Origin: Methanosarcinales archaeon
GTDB lineage: Archaea; Halobacteriota; Syntropharchaeia; Alkanophagales; Methanospirareceae
Length of the DNA stretch: 30,428 nucleotides
Assembly (NCBI GenBank): GCA_025464345.1
Contig: JAODGP010000023.1
Coordinates: 1 to 30,428 of the forward strand
Direction of reading: 5' to 3'
Shown: one piece after another, positions 1-8,243 of the stretch
Position numbering within the stretch: the stretch's first letter is position 1
How the letters are laid out: each line of letters begins with the position of its first letter
Program-made: the position numbers and the translations under genes
The notes under the pieces: model-generated
Told to the model about the DNA's origin: nothing
The model's database searches: none
What the model saw: the letters and a program-made list of their open reading frames with translations, nothing else

Positions 1-21
1 GTTCGAATCGCATCGGGCCCA
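1..21 (+). tRNA. 3' end of a tRNA gene (T-arm and acceptor stem), probably a tRNA-Val isoacceptor; truncated by the window edge
   Basis: GTTCGAATCGCATCGGGCCCA = T-loop, 3' T-stem, acceptor 3' strand and discriminator A. It is 20/21 identical to the 3' end of the tRNA-Val at 2436-2509. The anticodon is not visible. Confidence 0.75.
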
Positions 22-30
22 TCCATACGA

Positions 31-336
31 TCAGCATTGCTGGAGCAGGAGGTGTTCCGGTCGGACGAACAGCTCTTTTGTCTTTTTACGCCCCCGCACA
101 CCATCTGATACTCGCACAATGAACGCTCTGCCACGTTCTCCCACCACCTCGCCGGTCATACCATGGAATCGCCGATGTGGCATCCCTTTATGAACGCTGG
201 GGTCTATGCGGATATGAACTTTATCACCCGGCTCAAACCTCTGGATCGCTCTGCTTATGGGAGACAACCCCCGAGCCCTCTTATTCTTACTCAACTTCTT
301 CCTCGTCTTCTTCCTCATACCATGCGAACGTGCCAT
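31..336 (-). CDS. rpl21e: 50S ribosomal protein L21e (eL21)
   Basis: Basic 101-aa ORF with eL21 signatures: SHGMRKKTRKKL, GDKVHIRIDPSVHKGMPHRRFHGMTG, VRPEHL. A GGTG SD-like site lies about 10 nt upstream. Confidence 0.97.
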   Translation of the reverse strand: MARSHGMRKKTRKKLSKNKRARGLSPISRAIQRFEPGDKVHIRIDPSVHKGMPHRRFHGMTGEVVGERGRAFIVRVSDGVRGRKKTKELFVRPEHLLLQQC

Positions 337-399
337 TTCTTTTTTGCACCTTGAGAATTTGAACTCTTTTTATAATATGAATGTATATTATAATTTGAG
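337..399. promoter_or_regulatory. Divergent promoter region for rpl21e and mpgS
   Basis: 63-bp AT-rich spacer. TTTATAAT (370-377) lies about 23 nt before the mpgS ATG, which is leaderless spacing; a second box ATTATAAT is at 388-395. Confidence 0.5.
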
Positions 400-1635
400 A
401 TGCTGATTGAATTGCCGAGGCACACCGAGATATTTGGTTCGGTAAAGATCCATGAATTGCAACGGGTGTTAAAACTGGATTCCGGAGGTTCCGAGAATCC
501 TCGAGCCTGTGATATCGCATTTGAGGATATAAAGGAAGTCTTGAAGGAGCTTGCCATCATTGTACCCATAAAGAATGAGAATATACATCTGCTGGAGGGC
601 GTTCTAAGGGCTATTCCCTTTGATTGTACCGTTATTGTGGTTTCAAACAGTACCAGAGGTCCTCAGGACATATATAAGATGGAGCATGACGTGATAACCA
701 ATGTACATAACCTTACGCAGCAGGAAATGCTTGCTATACATCAGAAAGATCCCGAACTGGGCTTCTCATTCCATGATGTCGGTTATGATTATATCCTTGA
801 TCATGACAGGCTGGTCAGGGATGGCAAAGCCGAGGGGATGATAATAGGCATGCTACTGGCGAAGGCACTGGGTAAGAAGTTCATTGGCTTCGCAGACGCG
901 GACAACTACATCCCCGGCTCGGTTCGTGAGTATGTGATGGATTATGCGGCGGGATTCTGCATGTCCGAGTCACCTTACACTATGGTACGGTTGCACTGGC
1001 GATATAAGCCGAAGGTGGTGGAGGATCGCCTGTATTTCAAGAAATGGGGCAGAGTGAGTGAGACGACGAACAAGTACCTCAATCTGTTACTATCAACCAC
1101 GACGGGTTTCGAGACGCGAGTCGTGATAACAGGTAATGCAGGCGAGCATGCGCTGACTGTGAAGCTCGCTGATATCATGAGCTATTCCACAGGCTATTCT
1201 ATCGAGCCTTATCACTTCGTGTATCTCTTCGATGAGTTCGGCTTGAAAGCGGAGAAGATAGTATACAGGGATGCAATAAGCGAGGGTATTGAAATCTTCC
1301 AGATAGAGACGTTGAACCCGCATATACACGAGGAGAAAGGAGAGGAGCATATCAAGAACATGCTACTCGGCTCCCTCAGCACGATTTATAACAGCAAGCT
1401 CTGTAACGATTATGTGCGGCATAAGGTGCTTGAAGAGCTGGTGGATATACTTGAGGTGTATAAGCCGCCGGATACGTTTGTGATGCCACCAATAGGTGAT
1501 ATTAATGCGGATGAATTCTTCAAACAGGTGAGTACATATTCCGATACGTTTTTATGGTTAAAGCCCGGTATGATCGAGAGCAGAGTGGATGAAGAGGCGT
1601 ATTTGCGACGTTTTAAGGCGGAAGCAGTGAAATGA
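400..1635 (+). CDS. mpgS: Mannosyl-3-phosphoglycerate synthase
   Basis: N-terminus MLIELPRHTEIFGSVKIHELQRVLKLDSG and motifs GKAEGMIIG, FADADNYIPG, WGRVSETTN, GNAGEHA and EPYH match Thermococcales/Thermus-type MPGS. It is coupled to mpgP by an ATGA overlap. Confidence 0.95.
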   Translation: MLIELPRHTEIFGSVKIHELQRVLKLDSGGSENPRACDIAFEDIKEVLKELAIIVPIKNENIHLLEGVLRAIPFDCTVIVVSNSTRGPQDIYKMEHDVITNVHNLTQQEMLAIHQKDPELGFSFHDVGYDYILDHDRLVRDGKAEGMIIGMLLAKALGKKFIGFADADNYIPGSVREYVMDYAAGFCMSESPYTMVRLHWRYKPKVVEDRLYFKKWGRVSETTNKYLNLLLSTTTGFETRVVITGNAGEHALTVKLADIMSYSTGYSIEPYHFVYLFDEFGLKAEKIVYRDAISEGIEIFQIETLNPHIHEEKGEEHIKNMLLGSLSTIYNSKLCNDYVRHKVLEELVDILEVYKPPDTFVMPPIGDINADEFFKQVSTYSDTFLWLKPGMIESRVDEEAYLRRFKAEAVK

Positions 1636-2435
1636 ATGCCGTTCTTTTCACAGACCTCGATGGCACTCTTCTCAGTCTCTCTGATTATTCCTACGATGTG
1701 GCACTCCCTGCTCTCGCGGCATTAAAGGAGCGTGGAGTGCCCGTTGTGTTCTGTACCGCGAAGACATTGAGCGAGAACGAATATTACCGTGCCGTGCTGG
1801 GTATCAAAGACCCTTTTATTGTTGAGAATGGCGGTGCAATCTTCATCCCTCAGGACTACTTCTCTTTTGAATTCACCCATGGTAAGGAGCAGGGGCATTA
1901 TTATGTCATCGAGTTTGGCGCACGATACGATGAGTTGCGGGCGGCACTGAACGCTATAAGGGCGGAAACGGGTTTTAAAATCACAGGGTTCGGTGATATG
2001 ACGGTGGCTGAGGTGGCGAAAGATGCGAATCTGAGCATAGAGCAGGCGATGCGAGCGAAAGCCAAGGTATATAATGAGAGCTTCAGATTTGACGAGCCGA
2101 AGGATAAGGAACCGATATTGTTCGAGAAGGTGCATGAGAAAGGGTTCAGTATCACGCATGGTGGACGGTACTATAACATACACGGGAGGAATGCAGACAA
2201 GGGCAGAGCGGTCAAAACACTCACGAAACTGTTCAAACGTGAATATGGTGCCGTGATGACGATAGGTGTGGGCGACAGCAAGAACGACATACCCATGCTG
2301 AAAGCAGTGGATCAGCCAGCGGTTGTGAGGAGACTGGACGGTACATGGCTCGATATCCAGCTTGAGAACCTGTATAAGGCTGAGGGAGTGGGACCTGAGG
2401 GGTGGGTGGAGGTGGTGGAGAAGTTTATATTATAG
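1632..2435 (+). CDS. mpgP: Mannosyl-3-phosphoglycerate phosphatase (HAD IIB)
   Basis: HAD motifs FTDLDGTL, CTAKT, IVENGGAI, DKGRAV and GDSKNDIPML, plus GGRYY and a C-terminal GPEGW typical of MpgP; directly downstream of mpgS. Confidence 0.93.
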   Translation: MNAVLFTDLDGTLLSLSDYSYDVALPALAALKERGVPVVFCTAKTLSENEYYRAVLGIKDPFIVENGGAIFIPQDYFSFEFTHGKEQGHYYVIEFGARYDELRAALNAIRAETGFKITGFGDMTVAEVAKDANLSIEQAMRAKAKVYNESFRFDEPKDKEPILFEKVHEKGFSITHGGRYYNIHGRNADKGRAVKTLTKLFKREYGAVMTIGVGDSKNDIPMLKAVDQPAVVRRLDGTWLDIQLENLYKAEGVGPEGWVEVVEKFIL

Positions 2436-2509
2436 TGGGTCCGATGCGATTCGAACGCATGACCTTCGCCTCGTAAAGGCGACGTCATAACCACCTAGAC
2501 CACGGACCC
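2436..2509 (-). tRNA. tRNA-Val (anticodon TAC), intronless, CCA not encoded
   Basis: Reverse complement folds as GGGTCCG acceptor, D-arm, TCGCC-TTTACGA-GGCGA anticodon arm, ATGCG-TTCGAAT-CGCAT T-arm, CGGACCC-A. Confidence 0.95.
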
Positions 2510-2559
2510 TTCCAATTAAAATTGATTTCTTATATATTTATCTCTTATTTTAAGATAAG
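2510..2559. promoter_or_regulatory. Shared divergent promoter for tRNA-Val and nac
   Basis: TTATATATTTA at 2530-2540 is about 25 nt from both the tRNA 5' end (2509) and the nac ATG (2560). Confidence 0.55.
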
Positions 2560-2901
2560 ATGCGAGGCGGATTCAGGAAGGGAATAAGTCCAAAGAAGTT
2601 GAACCAGATGATGAAACAGACGGGAATAAACGTAGAAGAGCTGAGCGATGTCAGGGAAGTGATAATAAGGACGGCAGATACTGAGCTGGTATTCACCGAG
2701 CCCGCAGTTACAATTGTGGATGTCAAGGGTGCCAAAATGTATCAGATAGCGGGGACACCGGAGGAGCATATCCGGATATCAGATGATGATGTGAAGCTGG
2801 TGATGGAGAAAGCGGGCTGCAGTGAAGAGGATGCGAGAGCGGCACTGGAGGATGCGAACGGAGATCTTGCGGATGCCATCTCCAGGCTCTGTGAGGAATG
2901 A
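2560..2901 (+). CDS. nac: Nascent polypeptide-associated complex protein (aeNAC)
   Basis: SPKKLNQMMKQTGINVEEL, V.EVII, YQI.G.P NAC domain, plus a C-terminal UBA-like domain (DDVKLVMEKAGCSEEDARAALEDANGDLADAI). Confidence 0.95.
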   Translation: MRGGFRKGISPKKLNQMMKQTGINVEELSDVREVIIRTADTELVFTEPAVTIVDVKGAKMYQIAGTPEEHIRISDDDVKLVMEKAGCSEEDARAALEDANGDLADAISRLCEE

Positions 2902-3728
2902 AGACCCTACCGAGGAGAATAGGAATCGTATGCAGAGGTGAAGCGAGAGATATACCGGTATTGAAGGAGCTGGTCGAGGGTGTTGTTGCCGATATCGAGA
3001 TCATACCAGATTTGGATTCGGCTAAAAAACTCGGACTGCGTGGTCAGAGGATAGAAGATATGGACGTGGATTTACTGGTCTGTGTCGGTGGTGATGGCAC
3101 TATACTGCGTACCCTCCATTATTTAAAGCGTCCTGTACCTGTACTGGGTGTTAATACCGGTATGATAGGGTTCTTAGCACGGATTCAGCCTGAGAATGCG
3201 GTATCCAGCCTGAGAAAGATCGTATCCGATGGTTTTGAAGTGGAGAGGCGAGAGCGGCTCTCTGTTCATGTGATGGAAGAGAAGATGCCGTATGCGATGA
3301 ATGAAGCGGTAGTGATAACAGCGAAGCCGGGTAAGATGCTACATTTCGCGATATTCGTGGATGCTGAAGAGCTGGAGGAGCTGAGAGCTGATGGTGTCGT
3401 ATTCGCCACGCCGACCGGCAGCACGGCGTATGCGATGAGTGCGGGTGGACCTATCGTGGATCCGAAAGTGAATGCAACTATAATAGTACCAATTGCACCT
3501 TTCAAACTCTCAGCGAGACCCACGGTTGTTGATATAAATAGCGAGATAACACTGGAGCTACGCGGGACAAAGGATGCGGAACTGGTCATAGATGGTCAAT
3601 TTTATCGAAAACTGAGGAGCGAGGAGAAGATAAAGATAACGAAGGGTGAACATGTTCTATTTGTAAAACTACCGGACAGGTACTTCTCACGGCTACAGGA
3701 CAAGTTGCGAAGCGGGAAAGACATATAA
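2898..3728 (+). CDS. nadK: NAD(+) kinase
   Basis: GGDGTIL, GVNTGMIGFL, NE, DGVVFATPTGSTAYAMSAGGP and IDGQ motifs. Confidence 0.96.
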   Translation: MKTLPRRIGIVCRGEARDIPVLKELVEGVVADIEIIPDLDSAKKLGLRGQRIEDMDVDLLVCVGGDGTILRTLHYLKRPVPVLGVNTGMIGFLARIQPENAVSSLRKIVSDGFEVERRERLSVHVMEEKMPYAMNEAVVITAKPGKMLHFAIFVDAEELEELRADGVVFATPTGSTAYAMSAGGPIVDPKVNATIIVPIAPFKLSARPTVVDINSEITLELRGTKDAELVIDGQFYRKLRSEEKIKITKGEHVLFVKLPDRYFSRLQDKLRSGKDI

Positions 3729-3767
3729 TATGAAGTCATTATTGATTGGTAAGGAGTGTAAAGAGGG

Positions 3768-4028
3768 ATGAAGGAAGGGAGGATATTCGCACAGAACCTT
3801 AATTTAAAGGAGGTTATAGATTCTGAAGGGCGAGAGCTGGGCGTTTTGCATAACATCGTGATGGACCCGGAGACGGGTATTCTGACCGAGCTCGTGATAG
3901 AGCCGGCATCTGGCATGGACACGAGCGGGTTTAAGAGGGATAAGAATTACATATTCATACCATTCGATGCAGTCAGGTCTGTGCGGGACGTAATAGTGCT
4001 GGATAGTGATAGGCTGAGACGGGCGTGA
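3768..4028 (+). CDS. PRC-barrel domain protein
   Basis: 86 aa; KEVIDSEGRELG.L.NIV.D..TG.L..LVI..., IPFDAVRSVRDVIV is the PRC-barrel pattern. AAGGAG SD-like site upstream. Confidence 0.88.
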   Translation: MKEGRIFAQNLNLKEVIDSEGRELGVLHNIVMDPETGILTELVIEPASGMDTSGFKRDKNYIFIPFDAVRSVRDVIVLDSDRLRRA

Positions 4029-4094
4029 CGGGATTCGAACCCGCGATTTGCAGCTTAGGAGGCTGCCGCCGTATCCTGACTAGGCCACACGCCC
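4020..4094 (-). tRNA. tRNA-Arg (anticodon CCT), intronless
   Basis: Reverse complement GGGCGTG...GCAGC-CTCCTAA-GCTGC...GCGGG-TTCGAAT-CCCGT-CACGCCC-G. Confidence 0.95.
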
Positions 4095-4141
4095 AATATT
4101 TAATTAAGTTTTATTCTTTGTAAACCTCTTTTCGTTTTAAC
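4095..4141. promoter_or_regulatory. Divergent promoter region for tRNA-Arg and the DHH gene
   Basis: The minus strand reads CGAAAAG-AGG-TTTACAAA (BRE plus TATA-like) about 21 nt before the tRNA 5' end. Confidence 0.55.
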
Positions 4142-5491
4142 ATGAGTTCATTGCAGGAAGAGGTGAAGCGAGCGGCGGAGGTAATAAAGAAGCATGAATA
4201 TGCCAGGGTGGTATCACACTACGATGCAGATGGTATAACTGCTGCCGGTATACTCTGCAGTGCTCTTATTCGCATGGGTATGCAGTTCCACGCAACGATA
4301 ACAAGCAAGCTTGACAGGGCATTCATAGCCGGGCTGGATGAAGAACTTGTTATCATAGCAGATATGGGTACTGCGCAGATGGACCTGATCAGTGAGTTTC
4401 TGGGTGATACTGATGTGGTGATCATAGATCATCATACCGCATCTTCTTTTAACTGCCCTTCTTCCTCCGTCCTCATCAACCCCAATCGCTTCGCAAGCAA
4501 TGCTGAGCTCTGTGCCGCGGGCATTTCTTATCTCGTTGCGAGGCTGTTAGGTGCGGAAAGGGATAAACTTGGCAATGTTGATCTTGCGGGTCTTGCAATT
4601 GCAGGCACGATGGGCGACAAACTCCCAATGGACAGGGGGATAAACAAACTCATTCTGGATGAAGCGATAGAGGAGGGGGTCATCACTGCACGAAGAGGGT
4701 TGAAACTGGGCGATGGTAAGATTCGCGATTTGATTCTCTACGCCACAGACCCGTATACACCACTTGCGGGTAAGCCAGACCGTGTGGATGCATTTCTGCA
4801 GGAGCTTGGTATAGAGGGTGAGCGTAACGCAACCCACCTGGATGAGGAAACACTCGAACGATTGTCTTCTGCATTATTAGCCATTGCGAACACGGACGAG
4901 GATGTGCTGGTAGGAACAACCTATAAACTCAATTTTGAAGTGGTACAAGATGCGCTGGATTTCATGCGTATGGTGGACGCATGTGGCAGATTTGGTAAGG
5001 GTGGCATGGGCATAGGGCTCTGCCTGCGCGAATCGAGTCTGGTGGAAGAGGCGAGAGCACTGTACATGCAGTTCCAGAACAAACTCGTGTCCGAGCTGAC
5101 CAGGCTGGAAACAGCGAAAAAAGAGGATGGTATAAAAGAGCTTTCGAATATATGCTACCTGTACGTACAGGAGAAGGGTATAACCGGCGTTCTGGCTGGT
5201 ATCATCGCTGAATACGTGCATACAGAGAGTCCTGTGATTGTATTGAACCGTAAAAATGAGCACAGTGATGTTAAAGTATCGGCACGATGCAGTAAGAAAC
5301 TGCTGGAGGAGCGCGGGATAAATCTTGCGGAAGCGCTGGAGCATGCAGCGCACGAAGTGGGTGGCTATGGTGGCGGGCATCCCGTAGCGTCCGGTGCATC
5401 CATCCCTGAAGGCACCGAGGAACGATTCCTGGCTGCTGTTGACCGGATGATAGGTGAGCAGATGCACAAAGGTGCGGGTAAATGGACATAA
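4142..5491 (+). CDS. DHH-family phosphoesterase, RecJ-like (archaeal RecJ/Cdc45-related) nuclease
   Basis: SHYDADGITA, ADMG, IIDHH and LINP motifs, plus DHHA1 GGGHPVASGA. Confidence 0.9.
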   Translation: MSSLQEEVKRAAEVIKKHEYARVVSHYDADGITAAGILCSALIRMGMQFHATITSKLDRAFIAGLDEELVIIADMGTAQMDLISEFLGDTDVVIIDHHTASSFNCPSSSVLINPNRFASNAELCAAGISYLVARLLGAERDKLGNVDLAGLAIAGTMGDKLPMDRGINKLILDEAIEEGVITARRGLKLGDGKIRDLILYATDPYTPLAGKPDRVDAFLQELGIEGERNATHLDEETLERLSSALLAIANTDEDVLVGTTYKLNFEVVQDALDFMRMVDACGRFGKGGMGIGLCLRESSLVEEARALYMQFQNKLVSELTRLETAKKEDGIKELSNICYLYVQEKGITGVLAGIIAEYVHTESPVIVLNRKNEHSDVKVSARCSKKLLEERGINLAEALEHAAHEVGGYGGGHPVASGASIPEGTEERFLAAVDRMIGEQMHKGAGKWT

Positions 5492-6546
5492 ACGCTGTAA
5501 TATCCACCTATCGCGCGGCGATAAACCGGCATTTAGAATCGTTCCTGACGATGAAGGAGGAGGAAGCAGCCAGGATATCGCCATATGTGCGGGAGCTGGT
5601 GGCGAATGCGAAGGAGTATACACTACGGGGTGGCAAGCGGCTCAGACCCATATTCTTCATCTATGGCTATAAGTGCTTATCAGCAGTGGACGAGGAAGCG
5701 ATTATAGATGCCGCTATCAGCATTGAACTGATGCAGAGCTATCTACTGATCCATGATGACATAATGGACGAGGATGAACTGCGAAGGGGTAAGCCCACAT
5801 TCCATGTACTCTACCGTGAGAAATGCGAGCGTGAATTCGGGCAGTTGAAATCTGCCAGATTCGGTGAGAATATGGCGATTATCACCGGTGACCTGCTGGA
5901 GTCATACGGTGAGGAGGTGCTGGCAGGTGCGGATTTCGATGCACGATATGTAAGGAAGGCACTGTGCAAATACCTGGAGGTGGTGAGGAATGTGGGCTAC
6001 GGGCAGATACTGGATGTCCTCTCGGAACGCAGAGGGACTATCACAGCCGATGAGGTGCTGATGATACATAAACTGAAGACTGCGAGCTATACGATAGAGG
6101 GACCCCTTCAGATCGGTGCCATTCTGGCGGGTGCGGAAGAGAGCGACCTGAGGGTCATGAGCGATTATGGTATACCGCTTGGCATAGCGTTCCAGATACA
6201 GGACGATATACTCGGCATGTTCGGCGATGAGCACAGGATAGGCAAGCCCGTCGGTTCTGACATACGTGAGGGTAAGAAGACACTGCTGATACTGCATGCG
6301 CTGGAGCACTGCGGCGATGCCGAGCGGCGATTCATAGAGGATAAGCTGGGAAAGAGGCTCACAGTGGATGAGATAGAAAGGGTGAGGGAGATAGTGATAA
6401 GAACAGGCTCGCTCGATTATTCCCGGGGTATGGTAAGGGCTAATATTGAGAAGGCGAAGGAAGCGATGAAGAACTCGGATTTCCGTGCGGAGGCGAAGGA
6501 ATTCCTCATAAATATCTGCGATTATATAGCCAGGCGTGAGTATTGA
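5482..6546 (+). CDS. Polyprenyl diphosphate synthase (GGPP synthase-like trans-prenyltransferase)
   Basis: GGKRLRP, FARM LIHDDIMDEDELRRG, GQILD, KTA, SARM FQIQDDILG and SDIREGKKT. Confidence 0.93.
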   Translation: MDINAVISTYRAAINRHLESFLTMKEEEAARISPYVRELVANAKEYTLRGGKRLRPIFFIYGYKCLSAVDEEAIIDAAISIELMQSYLLIHDDIMDEDELRRGKPTFHVLYREKCEREFGQLKSARFGENMAIITGDLLESYGEEVLAGADFDARYVRKALCKYLEVVRNVGYGQILDVLSERRGTITADEVLMIHKLKTASYTIEGPLQIGAILAGAEESDLRVMSDYGIPLGIAFQIQDDILGMFGDEHRIGKPVGSDIREGKKTLLILHALEHCGDAERRFIEDKLGKRLTVDEIERVREIVIRTGSLDYSRGMVRANIEKAKEAMKNSDFRAEAKEFLINICDYIARREY

Positions 6547-6547
6547 A

Positions 6548-7468
6548 TTATCTGTCACGGTATGGGACTTCAACGGTCATGAGCTCCTTCGCCACCTCCA
6601 CATTCTCGAATACCTGCTTCGCTTCCGCTTCCAGCCTGGCTGCACTCTCAAGGTCGGAATATCGTGCACTTATGTGTGTGAGTATCAATCTTCGCACACC
6701 TGCCTGTTTCGCCACTTCCGCAGCTTCATAAGCGGTGGAATGCATGTAGTCTATCGCGTACTGCTTCACTTCCTCGGACATCGAGCCATCATGTATGAGC
6801 AGGTCAGCGTCTCTGCTCGCCTCCACAACGCTCGCACAGGGTCTCGTATCGCCGGTATACACAATCTTACGCCCGGGTCTCGGCGGTCCCAGCACCTGCT
6901 CAGGTCTTATCTCACGCCCGTTAACGGTGACTGTATGCCCGGATTGCAATTTAGAGAATAGCGGACCGGGTTTTAGACCGAGTTCTATCGCTCTATCACG
7001 GTTGAACCGCCCGGGTCGCATATCCTCCTCCAGGACATAGCCTATACTCGTGACGTTGTGCTCGGTCTTTATCGCTTTGATACTGTATTTATCACGCCTG
7101 ACCACGGAGCCGGGCTCCAGTTCTATCGCCTTCACCTCGAAGCCCTTGCCAATATAACCGAGCGATAGGAGATGATATAGGAATTTATCCACACGTCGTG
7201 GTCCGAAAATCTCCAAAGGCTCTTTGCGCCCCTGTAACGCCATCGTCTGCAATAGACCCGGAATGCCGAGCACGTGGTCGGCATGGAAATGCGTGATGAA
7301 TATGGCACGCACAGCCATGCCCGTCTTCGCTCGCATCATCTGACGCTGTGTGCCCTCTCCACAGTCGAATAGCATCAGCTCTCCCTCCCGGTTCACCGCT
7401 ATTGCCGATGGGTTCCTGTTCGGCGTGGGCGTTGAGCCACCGGTGCCGAGGAAAGTTATACGGAGCAT
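6548..7468 (-). CDS. rnz: Ribonuclease Z (tRNA 3' endonuclease)
   Basis: FLGTGGSTPT, FDCGEGTQRQ, THFHADH metallo-beta-lactamase motif, exosite GLKPGP, YTGDT, HST and THISARY. Confidence 0.97.
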   Translation of the reverse strand: MLRITFLGTGGSTPTPNRNPSAIAVNREGELMLFDCGEGTQRQMMRAKTGMAVRAIFITHFHADHVLGIPGLLQTMALQGRKEPLEIFGPRRVDKFLYHLLSLGYIGKGFEVKAIELEPGSVVRRDKYSIKAIKTEHNVTSIGYVLEEDMRPGRFNRDRAIELGLKPGPLFSKLQSGHTVTVNGREIRPEQVLGPPRPGRKIVYTGDTRPCASVVEASRDADLLIHDGSMSEEVKQYAIDYMHSTAYEAAEVAKQAGVRRLILTHISARYSDLESAARLEAEAKQVFENVEVAKELMTVEVPYRDR

Positions 7469-7493
7469 TATATAGGCTTTTAAAACCCTTTAC

Positions 7494-8243
7494 TTAAATA
7501 TATATCCACGCACACAGTCTCTTCTCCACGCATTCCAGTATAAGATACAGACATAGACCGAGCAACGCCATAGCCACCATCGAGGCATATAACGCGGGAT
7601 AATCCATCCTGCTCCACGCATACATGATCATGTAACCCAGCCCTTTCTCTGTGGCAAAGGATTCAACGAAGAAGAGCACTGCGATTGATGTTCCCACGCT
7701 TATTCGCATAGCCGTGAGTATCTTCGGCAGACACGCGGGTAATATAACATGCCTGTATATGTCTTTTGCGGTCGCACCCAGGGATAGCAGCGAGTATATG
7801 TAGTTCGTGCTCAGATTGCGTGCCGCGTCGCGCGTGGTCACCAGAATCTGGAAGAATACTATTATCGCTATCAGTACTATCTTAGAGAGATCACCGATAC
7901 CAAAGAGGAGAATGATCAGAGGCAGGAGCACTATATGCGGTATCGGGTACAGCAGATAAATAACCGGTGCAGTGTACTTATCAACCCGGTTGATGTAGCA
8001 TAGTAGACCGAGAGGCACGGCGAACGAGCCCGCAAGTGCGATACCGTATACGACCCTGAAGGTACTGATGAGTATATGATAGCCGAGATCAGCCCTGATA
8101 CCTGCTATGAATGCATAAAATACCGTCGGAGGCGCCGGCAGTTCCGGTGAAGCCAGCAGTAGCGATGCGAGATACCAGAGCGCTATCAATAGCAGTGCAG
8201 CGATTATATAGCTGGTGGGATGTTCTGCCTGACCTCGCGGCAT
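7494..8243 (-). CDS. ABC transporter permease, NitT/TauT (SsuC-like) family
   Basis: Hydrophobic TM segments, EAA-like SLGA...IYRHVILPACLPKILTAMRISVG, and ES..T.KGLGY. The start is uncertain because it overlaps the ATPase gene by 40 nt. Confidence 0.9.
   Translation of the reverse strand: MPRGQAEHPTSYIIAALLLIALWYLASLLLASPELPAPPTVFYAFIAGIRADLGYHILISTFRVVYGIALAGSFAVPLGLLCYINRVDKYTAPVIYLLYPIPHIVLLPLIILLFGIGDLSKIVLIAIIVFFQILVTTRDAARNLSTNYIYSLLSLGATAKDIYRHVILPACLPKILTAMRISVGTSIAVLFFVESFATEKGLGYMIMYAWSRMDYPALYASMVAMALLGLCLYLILECVEKRLCAWIYI

Noticed and set aside
290-320. CTT/CCT-rich low-complexity tract giving poly-Ser/poly-Glu in off-frame ORFs
   Set aside because: It is simply the antisense of the Lys/Arg-rich rpl21e N-terminus.
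1-2456. tRNA 3'-end repeats as attL/attR of an integrated element
   Set aside because: The repeats are inverted rather than direct, there is no integrase, and the enclosed block contains the core gene rpl21e.
4877-5623. 248-aa minus-strand ORF
   Set aside because: Antisense shadow of the DHH and prenyltransferase genes; no recognisable motifs.
5902-6573. 223-aa minus-strand ORF
   Set aside because: Antisense to the prenyltransferase; no motifs.
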